The position numbers were made by a program, and so were the translations under genes. Source: Chiloscyllium plagiosum (Eukaryota). Taken from it: a stretch of DNA of 35,129 nucleotides. Shown here piece after piece: positions 12,601 through 24,600 of this stretch. The stretch covers positions 6,097,980 through 6,133,108 of the forward strand of contig NC_057757.1 of NCBI RefSeq assembly GCF_004010195.1. Direction: 5' to 3'. The notes beneath the pieces were generated by a model, which saw only the letters and a program-made list of their open reading frames with translations, did no database searches and was not told the DNA's origin. How positions within the stretch are numbered: the first letter of the stretch is position 1; each line of letters opens with the position of its first letter.

Positions 12601-15600
12601 ACAGCCTAACAGTTCCTTATTGTCCATCTGTAATGGATGATGAAGTCAAAGTTAGCTCCAACCTGCATGGCTCCTCCGCTGGCTTTTCTCAAGCGGAGGA
12701 CCAGGATAGCACAGGACCAGGCCCTTCGGTCCACCAAGCCCATGCTGACAAATGACGCCTTTCTAAACTAAAAGCCTTTTAGCCTCGAAGTGGTCCATAT
12801 CTCTCTATTCCCTGCCTATTCATGTATTTAGCAAGATACCTCATAGAGTCACACAGTCATAGAGATGTACAGCGTGGAAACAGACCCTTCGGTCCAACCT
12901 GTCCATGCCGACCAGATATCCCAACCCAATCTAGTCCCACCTGCCAGCACCCGGACCATATCCCTCCAAACCCTTCCTATTCATACACCCATCCAGATGC
13001 CTTTTAAATGTTGCAATCATACTAGTCTCCACCACTTCCTCTGGCAACTCCTTGCATACACGTACCACCTTTTGCGTGAAAAGTTGCCCCTTAGGTCTCT
13101 TTCATATCTTCCCCCTAAACCTATGCCCCTCTAGTTCTGGACTCCCCCACTCCAGGGTAAAGACCTTGTCAATTTATCCGATCCATGCCCCTCATGATTT
13201 TATAAACCTCTATGAGGTCACCCCTCAACCTCTGACGCTCCAGGGAAAACAGCCCCAGCCTGTTCAGCCTCTCCCCGTAGCTCAAACCCTCCAACCCTGG
13301 CAACACCCTTGTAAATCTTTTCTGAACCCTTTCAAGTTTCACAACATCCTTCCGATAGGATGGAGACCGGAATTGCACGCAATATTCCAACAGTGGCCTA
13401 ACCAATGTCCTGTACAGCCACAACATGACCTCCCAACTCCTGTAGTTGAAACTTTATTGCTGGAACAGCACAGCAGGTCAGGCAGCATCCAGGGAACAGG
13501 AGATTCGACGTTTCAGGCACAGGCCCTTCTACAGGCCCTCCCAACTCCTGTACTCAATACTCTGACCAATAACGTTGCTGTTGTATCTGCATCTACCACC
13601 TCCTCTGGCAGTGTATTCCAAGCACCTACCTTTCACATCTGCTTTAAACTTTCCCCTTTTTACTTTAAACCTATGTCCCCCTAGTATTTGATGTTTCTAC
13701 CCTGGGAAAAAGACGCCAACTATCCATTCTATCGACAATGTTGTCAACTTCTACCTAATCACCCCTCAGCCTCTGTTGTTCAAAGTTTGTCCAATCTCTC
13801 CTCATGGCTAATACCCTCCAAACTTCCTGGTAATCCTGATCTGAATCCCTCTCCGAAAGCCTCCGCATCCAAATGATTTCTGTTTTAATTGAATTACAGG
13901 TTGGTGAAAGGTTTGTCACAGACGATTGCTCTGAAGACTGCACGTGTAACATGACAGAAACTGTTGGGTGCTTCAGCATGAGATGCCCAGAGAACAGAAC
14001 GTGTAGTGTCATCAACGGCAACAGGGCCTGCGTCTTAGGTAAGGAAGGATGGCTGTTCATCTCGAAGGATCAGCCTTTCATCCGAGAATCAATGACAGGG
14101 GAACAACGGTTTTTTTTGGCTGAATGGATACTAGTAAGATGGTCTCCAACTTACAACATCAATTGCAAAATGGATAAGTATCTCACCTTAGTGGGCTGGA
14201 CACATATGGTTTAGGATTCACTCCGCGGGTGTCAGTCATGTGTTTCATCAGCCTAAGAAAGACAAGCCATAGAGGTCCACAGCATGGAAACAGGCCCTTC
14301 AGCCCAACATGACAATGCTGCCCAGTTTTCACAATTAATCATTTTCCTGCATTGGTCCATATCCCTCCATTCCTATCCCATCCATGTACCTGTCCAAATG
14401 TTTCTTAAATGACAAAATTATACTCACCTCCACCACTACCTCTGGAGCCCGTTTGAGACACTCACCACCTCTGTGTGAAAAGATTGCCACTCGGGACCCT
14501 TATGTATCTCTCCCCTCTCACTTTAAGCCTACAACCCCTAGTTTTAGACTCCCCTTTGATATGGAAAAGCTGTTGGCTATCCATCAAGCCATGCAACATC
14601 AGGAGGTGGAGGAGCCGATATTTCGGTGTAAGCCTCTTTCAGGTTACACCCAAACCGTTGACTTCTCCACCTCCTGGTGCTGCCTGGCTTGCTGTGTTCT
14701 CCCAGCCTCCTGCTTGGTCTATCTTAGATTCCAGCATCTGCACATCTTTTTGTCTCTCTCCTACCTTATCTATGTCTCTCACGACGCTGAAGAAAAGACA
14801 TATTTAATTCAAGCTTATCATCTTGCACTCATCAGAACATTTTGCAAGAATACAGATTTAAAGGGGGAAACTTGACATGTACATATTCTAAGTATGTAAG
14901 TTAGCTGGAAGGTTTGTCTTCAGACGTTTCGTCACCATGACTAGGTAACATAATCAGTGAGAGTCTCCAGTGAAATGATCGTGGTATGTCCCACCTCTTT
15001 ATTTGTAGGCCTTGGTTTCTTAAGGTGGGCGATGTCACCCTAGGACAGGCGAAACAAAGACATGCGTGAGAACTCTTAGAGGCATGGCATTCTAACCAGA
15101 ACTTCATCAGTAAACACATCAACTTAGATCCTATCTACCTTCCCTTGAAAGAACGAACCGGAAATGACATCACCCACCTTAAGAAACCAAGCCCTATAAA
15201 TAGAGAGAGATGGGACATACCACCAGCGCTTCACCGGCGACTCTCACTGATGATGTCACTTAGTTATGGTGACGAAACATCTGAAAACAAACCTTCCAGC
15301 TCAGCGAGCTAACTTACAGACTTATCATCAATCTGAGCTACAAGTCTTCTCAAAAATCGTTAATATACATACTCTCTCACCAACCAATCAATAATCTTGT
15401 CTCATGCATCATAGATGTTGCCCTTCTTTGTAGTTGGTACTTCTTGTGAATTGTCCTGAAGTTGAAAAGCTGTGACAAAGTATGTCTTTTTTCAGCAATA
15501 CCCAATTTCTGTGCTCCCGAGTGACTCTAAGTCATCACACAGCACAGTCAGAACACTGAGCCCCAGCTCTGGAAGGTCAAAGACTCGTTCAGCCTGATGG

Positions 15601-18600
15601 TCACACTGCTAACCCTCAGATCAAAAGGAAGAATGTTTGACATGACCCTGCTGTGCTATGTACAGAGAGTATGCAACACAGCAACAGATAGTTTGTCCCA
15701 CTGGTCGATGTCTATGCTGATCTGATGCCCCACCCAATATTGTCTCACCCCCACATCGTATTCGTCTACTCCTTACTCCCTCATGCATTTATCCACTTTG
15801 CCTTCAATATACCTGCACCCTTCATGGGCGGCACGGTGACTTTTTGGTTAACACTGCTGCCCAAGGGACCCGGGTTCGATTCCGCTTTCAGGCAACTGTC
15901 CGTGCAGAGTTTGCACATGTTCCCTGTGTCTGTGTGGGTTTCCTCCAGGTGATCCGGTTTCCTCCCACATGGATTTGGATGTGGACATAGGAGGTATAGT
16001 TAGTAAGTTTTCAGATTATGCCAAAATTGGAGGTGTAGTGGACAGTGAAGAAGGTTACCTCAGATTACAACAGGATCTTGATCAGATGGGCCAATGGGCT
16101 GAGGAGTGGCAAATGGAGTTTAACTTAGATAAACGTGAGGTGCTGCACAAATCAGTGCAGGATTTATACACTTAATGGTAAGATTCTAGGGAATGTTGCT
16201 GAACACAGAGACCTTGGAGTACTGGTTCATAGCTCCTTGAAAGTGGAGTCGCAGGTAGATAGGATAGTGAAGGATGAGTTTGGTATGCTTTCCTTTATTG
16301 GTCAGAGTATTGAGTACAGGAGTTGGGAGGTCATGTTGCGGCTGTACAGGACATTGGTTAGGCCACTGTTGGAATATTGCGTACAATTCTGGTCTCCCTC
16401 CTATAGGAAAGATGTTGTGAAACTTGAAAGGGTTCAGAAAAGATTTACAAGGATGTTGCCAGGGTTGGAGGGTTTGAGCGATAGGGGGAGGCGGAACAGG
16501 CTGGGGCTTTTTTCCCTGGAGCATTGGAGGCTGAGGGATGACCTTATAGAGGTTTATAAAATCATGAGGGGCATGGATAGGATAATTAGACAAGGTCTTT
16601 TCCCGGGGAGGGGGAGTCCAGAACTAGAGGGCATAGGTTTTGGGTGAGAGGGAAAAGATTTAAAAGGGACCTAAGGGGCAACCTTTTTACATAGAGGGTG
16701 GTGCATGTATAGAATGAACTGCCAGAGGAAGTGGTGGAGACTGGTACCGTTACAGCATTTAAAAGGCATCTGGATGGGTATATGAATAGGAAGGGTTTAG
16801 AAGGATATGGGCCAAGTGCTGGCAATTGGGACTAGATTCGGTTGGGATATCTGGTCGGCATGGACAAGTTGGACCGAAGGGTCTGTTTCTGTGCTGTACA
16901 TCTCTATGACTCTATGTGCAGCTTAGGTTGCTTACTTGCCCATAGTGTCTAGTTATGTGCAGGCTAGGCGGGTTAACCATGGGAAATGGGATACAGGGAT
17001 AGGGTAAGAGGGTGGGAACCTCTTCAGAGGGTCGGTGTAGACTCGACGGGCTGAATGGCCTGCTTTCACACTGTGGGGATTCTATGATTCACTGCAGTTA
17101 TTTCCTGTGGTAGCCCATTCCGCACTCTCACTAACCACTGGGTAAAGACATTTCTCCTGAATCCCCCACTGGGTTCACCATCAACAATCTTGTTTTGATG
17201 GCCCCTCGCTTTGATCTCACATCCACTAGCCTCTTGAAATCTCTTTATCGTTTTAGAGCTCTTCGTCAAGTCACCCCTCTCTTTTCTTGCGAAAAGTGAC
17301 TTGGCCTGTTCAACCTTTAGCAATAAACCTCTAAGCTTAGGTACCATCCGAGTCAATCTGTTTTATGTCTTCTCCTTTGTATCTCACTTGTAGTTATTGC
17401 TATCCTCCTCATGCCATTTTAATGTGGAAAGTTAATGTAGTTTGACAGTAGGTATGAGAACCATTAACAGCTTGCAAACATGACCTCTACTCGTGGTCTT
17501 CAAACACAGAATGTTAGAATGGCTACAGCCCAGAAGGAGGCCGTTCAGCCCATAATGTGTATGCCAGCTCTCTGTATGTATTATGCAGCTACTCCCTGTC
17601 CTTTCCCAGCTGTGTTTAACCAATTCCCTAAAGGAAAGCCATTATTAATCCTTCACCACCACATTCTGTGTTCTGGATCTTAAACGCTCCCAGTTGTTTT
17701 TTTGTATAGTTGTCTTCCTTAAATAAGAATGTAAGAACATAAGAAATCTGAGTAGGAAGTAGTCATTTGAGCCTGTTCTGTGGGAATATTTTAGTTTGGA
17801 ATTATGTTTGGTCTGGACTGGTCGGACCGAAGTGTATGCTTCCATGCTGTATGACTCTGGGGCTGATATCCTACCTCAACGCCACATACCTGCACTACCT
17901 CAGTGACCCTCAGTGTTTTTAAGATGTGGAAATCTATCGACCTCTGTCTTGAATATGCTTAACGACTGAGTCTCCACAGCCCTCTGGGATGGAAACATCC
18001 AAAGGTTCACCACCCTCAGCGTGATGAAGTTCATCTCATGTAACTCTAAAATGGCCTGCCCTGTATTCTGAGTCAAAATTGTGGTGCTGGAAAAGCACAA
18101 ATGGTCAGGCAGCATCCGAGAAGCAGGAAAATCAACGTTTCGGGCAAAAGCCCTTCATCAGGAAGGAGGCCGGGAGCCTCTGGGGTGGAGAGATGAATGG
18201 GAGGGGGTTGGGGCTGGGGGGGAAGGTTGCTGAGAGTGCAATAAGTGGATGGAGGTGGGGGTAAAGGTGATAGGTCAAAGAGGAGGATAGGTGGGAAGGA
18301 AGATGGACAGATGGGACAGGTCATGAGGATGGTGCTGAGCTGGAAGGTTGGAACTGGGGTAAGGTGGGGGAGAAGGGAAATGAGGAAACTGGTGAAGTCC
18401 ACATTGATGCCATAAAATTGGAAGTCCCAAGGCGAAAGATGAGGCGCTCTTCCTCCAGGCATCGGGTGGTGAGGGAGTGGCGGTGAAGGAGGCCCAGAAC
18501 CTGCATGTTCCAAGCAGAGTGGGAGGGGAAGTTAAAATGTTTGGCCGTGGGGCGGTGGGGTTGATTGGTGCGGGTGTCTCAGAGATGTTCCCTGAAGCGT

Positions 18601-21600
18601 TCCGTGCGTAGGAGTCCTGTCTCCCCAATGTAGAGGAGACCACATCAGGAGCAACGGACACAGTAAATGACATGTGTGGAAGTGCAGGTGAAACTTTGAT
18701 GGATGTGGAGGGCTCCTTTAGGGCCTTGGATGGAGGTGAGGGAGGAGGTGTGGGCGGAGGTTTTGCAATTCCTGCGGTGGCAGAGGAAGGTGCCGGGAGG
18801 AGAGGGTGGGCTGTTAAAGGACGTGGACCTGACCAGGTAGTCACGAAGGGAGCAGTCTTTACAGAAAATGGATGGGGTGGGGAGGGAAATATATCTCTGG
18901 TGGTGGGGTCTGTTTGTAAGTGGCAGAAATGATGGGATGTATATGGAGATTGATGGGGTGGAAGATGAGGACCAGGGGGTTCTGTCCTTGTTGCGGTTGG
19001 AGGGGTGGGGTTCGAGGGACATGGATGAGATGCACTGAAGGGCATCATCAACTAAGTGGGAAGGGAAATTGCGGTCTTTAAAGAAGGAGGCCATCTGGTG
19101 CGTTCTGTGGTGGAACTGGTCCTCCTGGGAGCAGATGCAGCGGAGGTGGAGGAATTGGCAATGCTTCTAAGTTCTAGACACTACCTGTCCAGGGTGAAAC
19201 ATAGAGTCACACGGCACAGAAATAGACCCTACAGTCCAACCAGTCCGTGCCAACCATAATCCCAAACTAAACTAGATCCCCTTCCCTTTATTTTGAATCC
19301 AGTTCTCTCTAATCTTGACCTCTGATTCTTGACTTGCCCAGGACGGGAAAATTCCCCTCAGAATCTTAAACTGTCACAGGTACACGTCTAAATCCCCCAT
19401 ATGTAATCCTCTACAGCACAGAAAAAGCCTATTGTGTCTTGCCGGTCAGAAGCAACCAGCTAACTATTCTGATCCCATTTTCCAATCCTTGGCATCTCAA
19501 GTGCATACCTAAATACCTTCTAAATGGTATGGTAGGGTAAATAGGCAAGGTCTTTTCCTTGGAGTGTGGGGAATGCAACACTACAGGGCGTATGTTTAAG
19601 TTGAGAGGAAAGATATAACAGGGACCTATGGAGAAACCTTTTCACACAGAGGGTGGTATGTGTATGGCATGAGCTGCCAGAGGAAGTGGTGGAGGCTGGT
19701 ACAATTACAGCATTTAAAAGGCATCTGGATGAGTGCATGAATAGGAAGGGTTGAAAGAGATACGGGCCAAGTGCTGGCAAACACGGCAAGATTAATTTAG
19801 GATATCTGGCCGGTATGGACAAGTTGGACCAAAAGGTTTGCTTCCGTGCTGTACAACTCTATAATGAGGGTTTCTGCCTGTGTAACCTTTACAGGCAGTG
19901 AGTTCCAGATTCCACCATACTCTGGGTGAAAAAGAAAGTTTCCTCACATTTCCTCCAAACCTCCTGCCCCTTATCCTAATCCTTGCCTCCTTGTCATTGA
20001 TCCCTCCCTCAAAGGGAAGAAGTTCCTGCCCTCCCTACCCTATGTTGCCCCTCACGACTTTATCCACCTCAATTATCTCACCTCCGCTCCAAGGAAAACA
20101 AGCCCGATCTGTCAAACCACACACATTTTGGTAGAGATAAATGCTTTTACTGTAGCCTTGGTACCAACTTGGTATTAACTTGTCTAATCTCGTCACACCA
20201 TTTTATTCTGGAAAATGGAAGTCAGCGTGACAATAGAGGTTAAGGGTCAATTAGAACATGCAACATGATCCCATTGAAACATTTTCAAATTGAAATGTCA
20301 TCAGCTCAAACGATCACGTACATATCTTTTTTTTTTGATGGGGTATGGAGAGGTGAATGTTTAACATGTTTTATTGATTAATTATGTTATTGTCCATTTT
20401 TATTTCCACAGTGGGGCTTAACTGTTCGGCAGATTTCTGTGAAAATGGTGGCACATGTCTGGCGACAATAAATGGACCTGTGTGTGTGTGTTCTCCATCC
20501 TTCACAGGAATATACTGCGAGTGTACGTTGTTTTACTTTTATTTGCTGTCTCTTCAGATTCTGACCAAGCTAGATCTGGGGAAATTGGTTCCCCATGGCA
20601 GGGCGCATTATAGAAAAGATGACTTAAGATAATGAACAAAAGAGGCAGAATTTTGTAACACAGTGAGTTTGTTTTATGATGGGGATAGTGCCACTGGACA
20701 ATAACCCAGAGGCCCAGATTAACGCTTGTGGGTTCAAATCCCAGCACGGAATTTAAATTCAATTCAAAAAAATTCCAGGATTTGAAAGTTAGTCACAGGA
20801 ATGAGGACCTGTAAAAACTCATCTGCGTGTTGCCCCTTGCTGGTGAGCTGCATTCTTGAACCACTGCAGTCACCTGCTGTGGGTTGACCCACAATGCCCT
20901 TAGGGAAGAAGTTCCAGGATTTTGACCTAGCAACAGTGAAAGAATGGTCAATATATTTCCAGGTGAGTGGCTTAGAGGGGAACCTGAAGGTGGTGGTGCT
21001 CCTATAATGGGTAATGGGAACAATGGGATAAAGAGCCAGCAGTCCGACATGAGGAGACAAATGGCCTCAGGGCAAATCTGCTGAAACGCCATCTTGTGAC
21101 GTGTTGGAAATACTGTCTAGTCAGCTTACAGTATGATAACACGCGGTCATCTTTCTGAGTTAATCACATCGTCCCTGGTTAATTCACCGTGTCTGACCTG
21201 CATGAGTGAAATGTGTGCTTGGTTTGTCTCCACTCTTCTTAAAGTCAATGGTATAGAGCAGAGGTGGGGAACCTTTTCATGTTGGAAGGCCACATTATGT
21301 TAGTCGTAATCTAATAAGGCCGCATCCAAGAAACTTCAATTATATATTCTTCAAAATTCACATTTTTTTAATTGTGGCGGTCAGTCTGTGAGGATTACTT
21401 TGTTGAATTTTCTTTTACTCTCTGGCATTTTAAATACATTCATTTTAAGATTAAAATAAAAATAATAAAGGACAAAAAAAACATATTAATAAAAGATTTG
21501 TTGTGCAAAATTTGGATTCAGTCAAAAGGCCACACGCAATGGCCTACAAGGCCGTAGGTTCCCCAACCCCTGGTTTAGATAATGCCTGGTATGGGTTGTG

Positions 21601-24600
21601 AACCTGAAAAATCATAAGGCTGCAGTAAACTTAAAATTCATTTCTGGGTGTGACGTTGGTATCACCAGTACCTGAGGAGCCCTCCTATATCACAGAGGGC
21701 CTGTACCGTGCTGGTGGACCCCACATGCTCCTTCGTCACAGAGACTGGAGTGTTGGTTTCTAAGCTAACTGTCCCATTCCCTCCTCAGATGGTACATGTG
21801 CATCAAGCCCCTGTAAGAACGGAGGCACTTGCATCCAGAATGAAGACAAATACGAGTGCTTATGTCCTGCTTTGTATGACGGTGACTTATGTGAAGGTAA
21901 GGGTTTGGTGTGCCGTTTTTAAAACATTGAGTATCTTCACAGAATCGAGAATACTATAAAAGGATTAACTCCACCTCACGATTAAGTCTCAGTGATTGAG
22001 TGACCAGATCAGAACAAAGGATCATGTCAGCATGGATGGGTTAGATACAAAATTCTAGACATGCTAGACTTGGTTTTCTTACAGATCACCCAATCACCTC
22101 ATAGATTCCCTATGCTGTGAAAACAGGCCATTTGGCCCAACAAGTCCACACTGACCCTCCAAGGAGTATCCCACCCTGACCATTCCATTTCCCCTATCCT
22201 ACACACCCCTGAACATTGTAAGGGCAATTTAGCATGGCCAATTCACCCTAACCTGCACATTTTTGGATTGTGGGTGGAAACCCACACAGACAAAGGGAGA
22301 ACGTGTAAACTCCACACAGACGATCACCTGAGGCTGGAATCGAACCCAGGCCCCTGGTGCTGTGAGGCAGCAGTGCTAACCACTGTGCCACTCGTACCTC
22401 AAGATGATCAAGCTTGTTTCTTACCCTCTGTAAATGCCAACTCACCAAAACCTCAAGTGTTCCCTAACCCAAGGGCACCAGTACCTTTCCCAGGCCCCAT
22501 GCTCGCTGACCCAGTTCAGTTCCAGTCCAGGAACATGTCATATTTGAAATCCTTGTCCGTGCTTTGATATCCCTCCTTATCTTGTTCCTGCCCCATAACT
22601 GTCTCAGTAGCCTCCTCCAGCCTTACCGCTCCATACCCTTCTGACTCTCGTCTCCTGAGCACCCCCAGTAAGTGTCCACTTGTGCTCAGTTCTACTGACT
22701 GAATACACCTTAGGCTGGAGATACAGGCTGTGGGGAGGGGTGGTGGCACAGTGGTTCCCCACTGCTGCCTCACAGCGCCAGGGACCCGGGTTCGATCCCA
22801 CCTTCAGGCAACTGTCTGTGTGGAGTCTGCAAATCTCCCCTGTGCGGGTTTCCTCCCACAGTCCAAAGTGGGCAGGTTAGGGTGGATTGGCCTTGCTATG
22901 TTGTCTGCAATGTCCAGGATGTGTGGGCTTGGTGTAAGTGCAGGGTTATGTGGATGGGATGGGCTGCTCTTTACAAGGTCGGTGCAGACTTAATGGGCTG
23001 AATGGCCTGCTCCCTGCACTGCGGGGATTCGATGATGGTTTTGGGAAAAGGCAATCTGAACCAAATTAATTGAGATTTCGAGAGGGAGGGATTCTATTCT
23101 CTTGTAAAACGACCAAGGGGTGACCTAATAGAAATCTTTAAAAGTGATGATGAGTTTTACTCATGTACAAATAGAGAGAATGTTGGGAAGAGCAGAATTG
23201 TCAGTATGGGAGAGTTCACAGGAAAACCATCAGGAATTCAGGGAAAATCTCCCTACCCAGAGAGCTGCTGTCAGATCTACCTAAAAATGTAGAAAGGTGT
23301 AAGAAGCCCAAGAGGCGAAAGTGAGGACTGCAGATGCTGGAGATCAGAGTCGAGATGAGAGTGGTGCAGGAGGCTACTTTCCCTGGAGTGCCGGAGACTG
23401 AGGGCTGACCTTATACACATCTATAAAATCATGAGGGTCATGGATAGGGTGAATAGACAAGGTCTTTTCCCCAGCGTAGGGGAATCCAAAGCTAGAGGGC
23501 ATAGGTTTAACGTGAGATGGGAAAGATTTAAAAGGGGACCTAATCGGGCAACTTTTTTCACGCAGAGGGTGGTACGTGTATGGAATGAGCTGCCAGATGA
23601 GGTGGTGGAGGCTGGTACAATTGCAGCATTTCAAAGGCATCTGGATGGGTGCATGCATAGGAAGGGTTTGGAGGGATTTGGGCCAAATGCTGGCAAATGG
23701 GACTAGATTAATTTTGGATATTTGGTCGGTATGGACAAGTCGGGCCGAATGGTCTGTTTCCATGCTGTATGACTCTAGGCACCCGAATGTCAGAATGTGA
23801 ATGGTGGGGACCACTGGGTTGAATTCAGTAGTATATTTGCTTTTAATGGGAAGCTGGACAAGCCAATCTGAAGAAGGAAAGAGAGTTAATTAAGATGGTA
23901 GAGAAAAGATGGTAAGAGGCTCAGCATGGCACGAATGACCTACAGGTACTTTGCAACCTCTGCCGTCCAAAATGTTCTTTGCACAAAAGGCAATACAATT
24001 AACGAATCCATCCTATGAAATCTTTGTAGAGCAGCTGGCCACAGTGGTGGAGGAGACTTTGGGTTTGCACTGAGCTCCAATGGATTTATTTATAGGACTT
24101 AATAATTTATCTGTGTCATCTGGCTAACATTATTCAGTAGGGAGCTGCGACACGTGGTGGAAACAGAACCTATCAGTCCTTGCAGCTCAGGGACACAAGG
24201 ACAGCAGCTACAAGCAAGGACAGCTCGCTGATTGACAACAGGGACCCTTTTAACTCTCGTGGTTGCCACAGATTTGCACCGTGACTGTTCTCAGAAGTAT
24301 TCCATTGCGGTATTATGAACCTGAAATTCCAGGCTCCGTAAACATTCAGTGCTACTCAGTGCTGACAGATTTTATTTTGTCTCTTCTTAGATGTTACCAA
24401 GGTCATCATTGTTGCGGTAGTGGTGGTTGCTGTGGTCCTCCTCATTGTCGGGGCAGTGCTGATTTACTTCTGCTGCTGCAGGTATGTAGTCACAACCTTA
24501 CTGACCCCAGAATAAAATGATCCAGTCTGACATCCTTATTCAGTCCTGAGACGTTTGTTCTGAGGAGTTGAACGCTTGCAGCTTTGATGTTGAGAGGCCC

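Noticed and set aside
13052..13684. 210-aa ORF and similar ORFs at 16186-16593 and 28961-29437
   Set aside because: Antisense readings of CR1 RT sequence.
18275..19051. 258-aa Pro/Ser/Thr-rich ORF that might be a mucin-like domain
   Set aside because: It is on the opposite strand to the gene and is an off-frame reading of a Penelope element.
24263..24520. Cys/Gly-rich ORF (CCGSGGCCGPPHC) resembling a keratin-associated or metallothionein-like peptide
   Set aside because: Off-frame reading of the Val-rich TM exon; splice phases support the TM frame.
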